Below are positions 24,731 through 28,777 of a stretch of DNA of 28,777 nucleotides, one piece after another; positions within the stretch are counted from its first letter, which is position 1, and every line of letters starts with the position of its first letter. The translations under genes and the position numbers were made by a program. The notes under the pieces are model-generated. The model did not search any database. It saw nothing but the letters and a program-made list of their open reading frames with translations, and was not told where the DNA came from. The stretch comes from a virus (lineage: Duplodnaviria > Caudoviricetes), in the IMG/VR virus record IMGVR_UViG_3300032239_001293, positions 1-28,777 of that record; one strand, 5' to 3'.

Positions 24731-25984
24731 GTGGCAGCAGATAACGAGCATAGGCTCGTAAGTAAAGTAATTAAAGAACGTGAGATTACTTCAGTACTTC
24801 AACGTGGAATTACCGATGGTTGGTTTTTAGATGAAGATAACCGCAAGGTATGGTCATTTGTGCGAAAGCACTACAGTGAATACAGCGAAGTACCTACAGC
24901 AACCACTGTTCTAGACCATTACCCAAATTACAAAGTCCTCAACGTTGAAGACAGCATGGATTATTTGCTGGACACAATGGTGGACTTTCGTCGCCGTTTA
25001 CTTACACGCCAGGGATTAGAAAATGCCGTTGAACAACTCCAAGAGAACGACCACGAATCCGCACTTCGTGCAATGGAGCAAACAGTCTCCAAAGTTAACG
25101 AACAGGGAGTATTGGGAACTCATGAGGTTGACCTTACAAAAAACACAGAAGAACGTTACAAGGAATACCAAGCTATCCAGAATCAAGAGTTCTTGGGTAT
25201 TCCGACAGGGTTTAAAGACATTGATGAAGCTACAGCAGGTCTTCAGGGCGGGCAACTAGTAACCATCATTGCTCCGCCTAAAACAGGTAAGTCACAAGTG
25301 GCATTACAGATTGCTATAAATGTTCACAGTCTTGGGAAGACTTCAATGTTTCAGTCTTTTGAGATGAACAACCACGAACAACAACAACGCCACGATGCCA
25401 TGCGCTCACACATTGACCATGGAAGATTACGAAGAGGAAAGCTGTTACCAGAAGAAGAGAACCGCTACATTGACATGCTCAACAAAATGGAGACAGAACA
25501 CCCATTTCATTTAGTAGATGCTGTTAATGGAATTACTGTTTCTGCTTTATCAGCAAAAATTGAACAGTTAAAACCAGACATCGTGTTTGTTGACGGCGTG
25601 TATTTAATGCTTGACGATTTGACTGGTGAGATGAATACTCCACAAGCAATCACTAATATTACTCGTGCATTAAAACGTTTAGCTCAAAAAGTTGATAAAC
25701 CAATTGTAATTACTACACAAACTTTGCTTTGGAAGATGCGTGCTGGAAAAGTAACGGCAGACTCTATTGGTTACTCATCTTCTTTCTTCCAAGACTCAGA
25801 TGTTATTTTGGGATTAGAGCCAGTAGAGGAAGACGATTCAATTCGTTTACTTAAAGTTGTTGCATCACGTAACTGTCCGCCAAAAGAAACTTCACTTACT
25901 TGGAAATGGGAAACTGGTTGTTTCCATGACGAAGCTGAAATGATGAAGTGCCCATACTGTTCTAATTGGAATAGCAATGGTTGA
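24731..25984 (+). CDS. dnaB: DnaB-like replicative helicase
   Basis: GIPTGFKDID..T.GLQGGQLVTIIAPPKTGKS, FQSFEM, IVFVDGVYLM, LKRLAQ, QDSDVILGL. Confidence 0.92.
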   Translation: MAADNEHRLVSKVIKEREITSVLQRGITDGWFLDEDNRKVWSFVRKHYSEYSEVPTATTVLDHYPNYKVLNVEDSMDYLLDTMVDFRRRLLTRQGLENAVEQLQENDHESALRAMEQTVSKVNEQGVLGTHEVDLTKNTEERYKEYQAIQNQEFLGIPTGFKDIDEATAGLQGGQLVTIIAPPKTGKSQVALQIAINVHSLGKTSMFQSFEMNNHEQQQRHDAMRSHIDHGRLRRGKLLPEEENRYIDMLNKMETEHPFHLVDAVNGITVSALSAKIEQLKPDIVFVDGVYLMLDDLTGEMNTPQAITNITRALKRLAQKVDKPIVITTQTLLWKMRAGKVTADSIGYSSSFFQDSDVILGLEPVEEDDSIRLLKVVASRNCPPKETSLTWKWETGCFHDEAEMMKCPYCSNWNSNG

Positions 25985-26918
25985 TATTGAAAAAGTACTT
26001 TTAAATATAGATGTAACACTCACAGCACAACGTGGAGATGAAGTGCAAGGGCTATGTCCCATGCACAAAGCACGAACCGGAAGAGAAGACGTTCATCCAG
26101 ACTGGTGGATTAACTCTGTAACCGGAGCTCATTTTTGTTTTTCTTGCGGATACAAAGGAAATATTTACACTTTAGTTGCTGACCTCAAAGGTATTGATTA
26201 CTTTGATGCCAAAGACTATGTTGACTCTAGTCAAGAGGTAGATGTAAATACTTTGCTAAAAAGGATTAGAGAGTTACCTCAGTACATTTCTACGGTAGAA
26301 GAACCACTTGCTATGTCTGAGGCTCGTCTTGCGGTGTTTGTTGACCCACCCGAAAAAGAATTGCGTAAAAGGTTTATTACCCCTGCTGCTGCTAAACATC
26401 ACAATGTTTTATGGGACCCAAAAAATGAAGCTTGGATTGTCCCAATTCGTGAACCTAACGAGTACACCTTGTGGGGGTGGCAAGAAAAAGGTGCTCGTGG
26501 TCGGTTTTTCCGAAATCAACCACAGGGAGTTAAAAAATCCAAAACTGTTTTTGGTGTAGAGGTTATGTCTATTGAAACTCTTGTTGTTGTTGAATCCCCT
26601 TTAGATGTTGCACGGCTTACAAGCGCAGGGATTGAAGGTTCTATCTCAACTTACGGCGCAATGATTAGTGAAGAGCAGGTTAAGATTATGCGTAGAGCTA
26701 ATAAAGTTATAGCCGCTTTTGATAATGATGATGCAGGAATGCATGCCAATGAGCTTATGCGTGGGTTTGCTCGCAAATACGGGATTGATTTGTCTTACTT
26801 TAACTACACTGGGATAGATGTAAAAGACCCAGGAGACATGACAGAGGATGAAATTACTAAAGGCATTCTTTTATCCCGCAGTATGGTTTATGGTAAAGCA
26901 GCCTACACATGGCATTAG
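25977..26918 (+). CDS. DNA primase (CHC2 zinc finger plus TOPRIM)
   Basis: CPMH...HFCFSCG; VVVESPLD; AFDNDDAG; KDPGD. Confidence 0.92.
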   Translation: MVDIEKVLLNIDVTLTAQRGDEVQGLCPMHKARTGREDVHPDWWINSVTGAHFCFSCGYKGNIYTLVADLKGIDYFDAKDYVDSSQEVDVNTLLKRIRELPQYISTVEEPLAMSEARLAVFVDPPEKELRKRFITPAAAKHHNVLWDPKNEAWIVPIREPNEYTLWGWQEKGARGRFFRNQPQGVKKSKTVFGVEVMSIETLVVVESPLDVARLTSAGIEGSISTYGAMISEEQVKIMRRANKVIAAFDNDDAGMHANELMRGFARKYGIDLSYFNYTGIDVKDPGDMTEDEITKGILLSRSMVYGKAAYTWH

Positions 26919-27088
26919 ACGCTAGAGGTGTTCCTACTCATGCTTGTCCCATGTGCGGGCATTTGGTATTTCAAATCAAAGTTATGTTTGAAGATTATGA
27001 TATTGCTATGTGGTTTACTGACGGCGTGTGTGATGATTGTGGAACTTTAGTTACTGTTCCTTGTCCAGTGGATAACCCAAATGTTTAA
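26909..27088 (+). CDS. 59-aa zinc-ribbon protein
   Basis: MALDARGVPTHACPMCGHLVFQIKVMFEDYDIAMWFTDGVCDDCGTLVTVPCPVDNPNV*; overlaps both neighbours. Confidence 0.8.
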   Translation: MALDARGVPTHACPMCGHLVFQIKVMFEDYDIAMWFTDGVCDDCGTLVTVPCPVDNPNV

Positions 27089-28712
27089 AGGTGAATTAAA
27101 ACCTTATCAAATAGAAGCGGTTGCCAAAATGGTAGACCGTAAAAAAATGCTTGTTGCTTACGAAATGGGCTTAGGCAAAACACCTATGACTATTGCTGCT
27201 TTAGAACAGTTAAAAGAAGATGGGTTAATTGAAAAACCTATTTTAATTATTGCTTTGTCTAGTTTGAAATACCAATGGGAAAAAGAAATACATAAGTTTT
27301 CTGATGCACAAACACAGGTTATTGACGGAAGCAAAAGCCAACGAGAACTTGGTTGGATGCGTGGGTTTGAATGGTCAAGGGTTTGGGACAAAAACAACTC
27401 GTATGTAATTTGTAATTATGAATCTATTGTTAATGATTGGGATTGGATTTGTGACTATGATTGGGGTGCTGTGGTCTGCGATGAAGCCACCGCTATTAAA
27501 GGATTTAAATCTCAACGTTCTAAACACGTAAAGAAGTTAGCTAAAGACGTTAAAGTTAGATACGCATTAACCGGTACCCCTATTGAAAATGGGCGTCCCG
27601 AAGAACTGTATTCAATTATGCAGTTTGTTGACTCTACACTTTTAGGTAGGTTTGATTTGTTTGACCAAACTTTTATTGTACGAAACCATTTTGGCGGAGT
27701 TCAACGTTATCGCAATTTACATATATTTCACGAAAAAATGAAACAAGTAGCGGTGCGCAAAACACAAAAAGACCCAGATGTTTCTCCTTATCTTCCAGAA
27801 ACAATCCATTTAGAGCCTTTTTTAATTCCTTTGGATAAATCAAGTAAAGAACTTTATAAAAAAATTGCTTCAGATTTAATCCAAGAGCTTTTAGAGGCTC
27901 AAGAACTTATGGGCGGGTCATTTTCCTTAGACGCTCACTATGGTCATGGTTACCAACCAGGCAGCCCAGCTGATAAACTACGTGGCTCAATAATGTCAAA
28001 GATAACGTCTTTAAGGATGTTATGCGATTCACCTCAGCTTTTAGTTGAAAGTTCAACTAAATTTCATAATGGATGGCAGGATATAAATGGCAAAGAAATC
28101 AACATTGAAGGTTCTAGGGGCGGCAGCGCTTATGTGGCTGGGCTTGAAGAAATGGGCCTCTTGGCAGCAGCAAAAAAATCTCCAAAATTAGATGCAGTTA
28201 TAAGTTATGTAGTTGAACATCTAGAAGCTAATGAAGACCACAAAGTTGTTATCTTCACTTGCTACTTGGGTATGCTTCCCCTTATCCAAGACGCATTAGC
28301 AAAAAAGAAGATAGTTAGCACTCTCTATTCGGGATTGCTAAACGCAAAAGAAAAAGAAGAATCTAAAACGTCTTTTCAAAACACAAAAGAAGTTAGAGTG
28401 TTAATTTCTTCAGACGCAGGCGGTTACGGAGTAGACCTTCCTCAAGCTAACATGTTAGTTAACTTTGATTTACCGTGGTCATCCGGAACAGCAGTCCAAC
28501 GTAACTCCCGTATCAAACGTGCGTCCAGTACTTGGAGCCATGTTGTAATTCAAGATTTCCTTGTGCTAGACTCTATAGAAGAACGGCAACACCAAATGTT
28601 AATGCAAAAAACCGCTATTGCAGATGCTGTAATGGATGGAGAAGGCATTAATACTAGAGGTGGTGTAGACTTAACAGTAGGAAGCCTTATTAACTTCCTA
28701 AAGGGGGAATAA
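27081..28712 (+). CDS. SNF2-family (SF2) helicase/ATPase
   Basis: LKPYQ, EMGLGKT, CDEAT, LTGTPIEN, SPKL, KVVIFT, AGGYGVDL, DLPW. Confidence 0.93.
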   Translation: MFKGELKPYQIEAVAKMVDRKKMLVAYEMGLGKTPMTIAALEQLKEDGLIEKPILIIALSSLKYQWEKEIHKFSDAQTQVIDGSKSQRELGWMRGFEWSRVWDKNNSYVICNYESIVNDWDWICDYDWGAVVCDEATAIKGFKSQRSKHVKKLAKDVKVRYALTGTPIENGRPEELYSIMQFVDSTLLGRFDLFDQTFIVRNHFGGVQRYRNLHIFHEKMKQVAVRKTQKDPDVSPYLPETIHLEPFLIPLDKSSKELYKKIASDLIQELLEAQELMGGSFSLDAHYGHGYQPGSPADKLRGSIMSKITSLRMLCDSPQLLVESSTKFHNGWQDINGKEINIEGSRGGSAYVAGLEEMGLLAAAKKSPKLDAVISYVVEHLEANEDHKVVIFTCYLGMLPLIQDALAKKKIVSTLYSGLLNAKEKEESKTSFQNTKEVRVLISSDAGGYGVDLPQANMLVNFDLPWSSGTAVQRNSRIKRASSTWSHVVIQDFLVLDSIEERQHQMLMQKTAIADAVMDGEGINTRGGVDLTVGSLINFLKGE

Positions 28713-28713
28713 C

Positions 28714-28777
28714 ATGGCAAAAGTAAAACCAGAAAATACACGCAATGTAGATGAAACAGACTTAATTGCTCGTACAA
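28714..28777 (+). CDS. Partial hypothetical protein (3'-truncated)
   Basis: AAGGGGG RBS; MAKVKPENTRNVDETDLIART... open to the window end. Confidence 0.6.
   Translation, partial: MAKVKPENTRNVDETDLIART

Noticed and set aside
27067-27075. Second DnaA-box-like sequence AGTGGATAA
   Set aside because: It has one mismatch, is isolated, and is explained by the PVDN codons
1279-28777. Other minus-strand and nested alternative-frame ORFs in the track
   Set aside because: They overlap well-supported + strand genes and have no recognisable motifs; the window is uniformly + oriented
1-28777. tRNA, rRNA, integrase, reverse transcriptase/DGR, intron or intein
   Set aside because: None recognised by eye; gaps are short and the helicase and primase are of normal length. 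A covariance-model scan was not possible

Overview
This window is an AT-rich tailed-phage segment with every credible gene on the + strand. It has a contractile (myovirus-type, eCIS-like) tail, and a Gram-positive host is plausible (inferred from the LysM and M23 domains and a leaderless-style promoter). In order it contains: (1) the 3' end of a mucin-like Thr-repeat/FN3/Cys-tail protein missed by the ORF track, followed by two small proteins, a radical SAM-SPASM/twitch enzyme and a GT60-like polypeptide GlcNAc-transferase, together a candidate virion glycoprotein modification system; (2) a probable head-closure gene, then a microprotein cluster with one 60% acidic peptide, seven Lys-rich peptides (two starting MCAxCGC, one of them metallothionein-like) and a glycine-zipper-LysM protein, ending at a clear terminator; (3) neck, tail terminator, sheath, tube, a chaperone with a likely +1 frameshift, tape measure with M23 and lysozyme-like domains, baseplate and spike genes; (4) a replication module: an HTH initiator carrying an internal origin-like site (two palindromes around a perfect DnaA box), DnaC-like loader, DnaB helicase, primase, SNF2 helicase and several zinc-finger microproteins. 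All family assignments come from motifs recognised by eye; no searches were run.
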